From: Octopus sinensis
Taxonomy: Eukaryota
NCBI RefSeq assembly: GCF_006345805.1
Contig: NC_042999.1
Location: 68,138,001-68,202,000 of the forward strand
Direction of reading: 5' to 3'
Length of the DNA stretch: 64,000 nt
Below the pieces are notes generated by a model. It was not told the DNA's origin. It worked only from the letters and a program-made list of their open reading frames with translations, and searched no databases. Positions 63,565 through 64,000 of the stretch are shown piece after piece (positions within the stretch are counted from its first letter, which is position 1; every line of letters starts with the position of its first letter). A program made the translations under genes and the position numbers.

Positions 63565-63760
63565 ATATGTATATATATATAATTCAAAGACAAAGGCAGG
63601 TGAAGGAACAACAAGGAGGTGTAATAGTTTAACACTTGGGAAGAATGGAAAAGTTTTTGACATTTCAAGTATATGCTCTTTGACAGAAAGGATTAAGAGG
63701 AAATAAAAAATATACAGAAAGAGAACACAAAAAAAAAAACAGAGAAAAAACTGTGTAGGG
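63565..63760 (-). mobile_element. Family E element, diverged (E3)
   Basis: Minus strand cttt-ctgtcaa-a-gagc-atat-actt-gaaat-gtc-aaaa and downstream match to 23720-23808. Confidence 0.6.
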
Positions 63761-63909
63761 ACTAACAGTTCAACATGGTATACATATATATATATAAATT
63801 AGTGTACATTTAAACACGAAGAGGTGAGCCCTTAAACAGGTTGCCTAATATACTAGAAAGAACTGTCAAAAAGTCCAAACCACAGTTAAGAGCAATTTCG
63901 AAGGGAATG

Positions 63910-64000
63910 AAAAATTTACCATGTTACAGCCAGACCTCAGGTTTTGAGTTTTAATTAGCAAATAAAATAAAATAAAAATTTACCATGTTACAGCCAGACC
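63910..64000. repeat. 27-bp direct repeat, period 64, cut by the window edge
   Basis: aaaaatttaccatgttacagccagacc at 63910 and 63974. Confidence 0.85.

Overview
AT-rich, microsatellite-dense eukaryotic DNA with no recognisable host protein-coding exon, rRNA, true tRNA gene or CRISPR array. The repeat families look like those of an octopus/coleoid cephalopod genome (inference from pattern recognition, no search run). The window is a transposon mosaic. It holds a young 5'-truncated RTE LINE (14399-16669) whose RT carries an inserted C4HC3 PHD-type finger, plus many older RTE tails and three tRNA-headed SINE families. It also holds four to five Helitron-type elements (one with a RepHel remnant), mariner, maT (DD37D) and Tigger transposase fossils, a decayed Penelope GIY-YIG region, two GG...CC MITEs with 8-9 bp target-site duplications (TSDs), and several minisatellites. 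There is one 100-N gap at 25552-25651. The most notable signal is a set of about 200-bp dispersed elements carrying minimal hammerhead-ribozyme motifs of the Penelope/retrozyme type, with one copy intact at 63027-63061 (minus strand). Other points of interest are TSD-flanked SINE dimers with a recurring GGTA junction, a MITE whose empty site sits next to it, two long RNA-like hairpins and a 52-bp array of phased STAT-type palindromes. Nearly all ORF-track entries are microsatellite artefacts. Boundaries of old elements are approximate (tens of bp).
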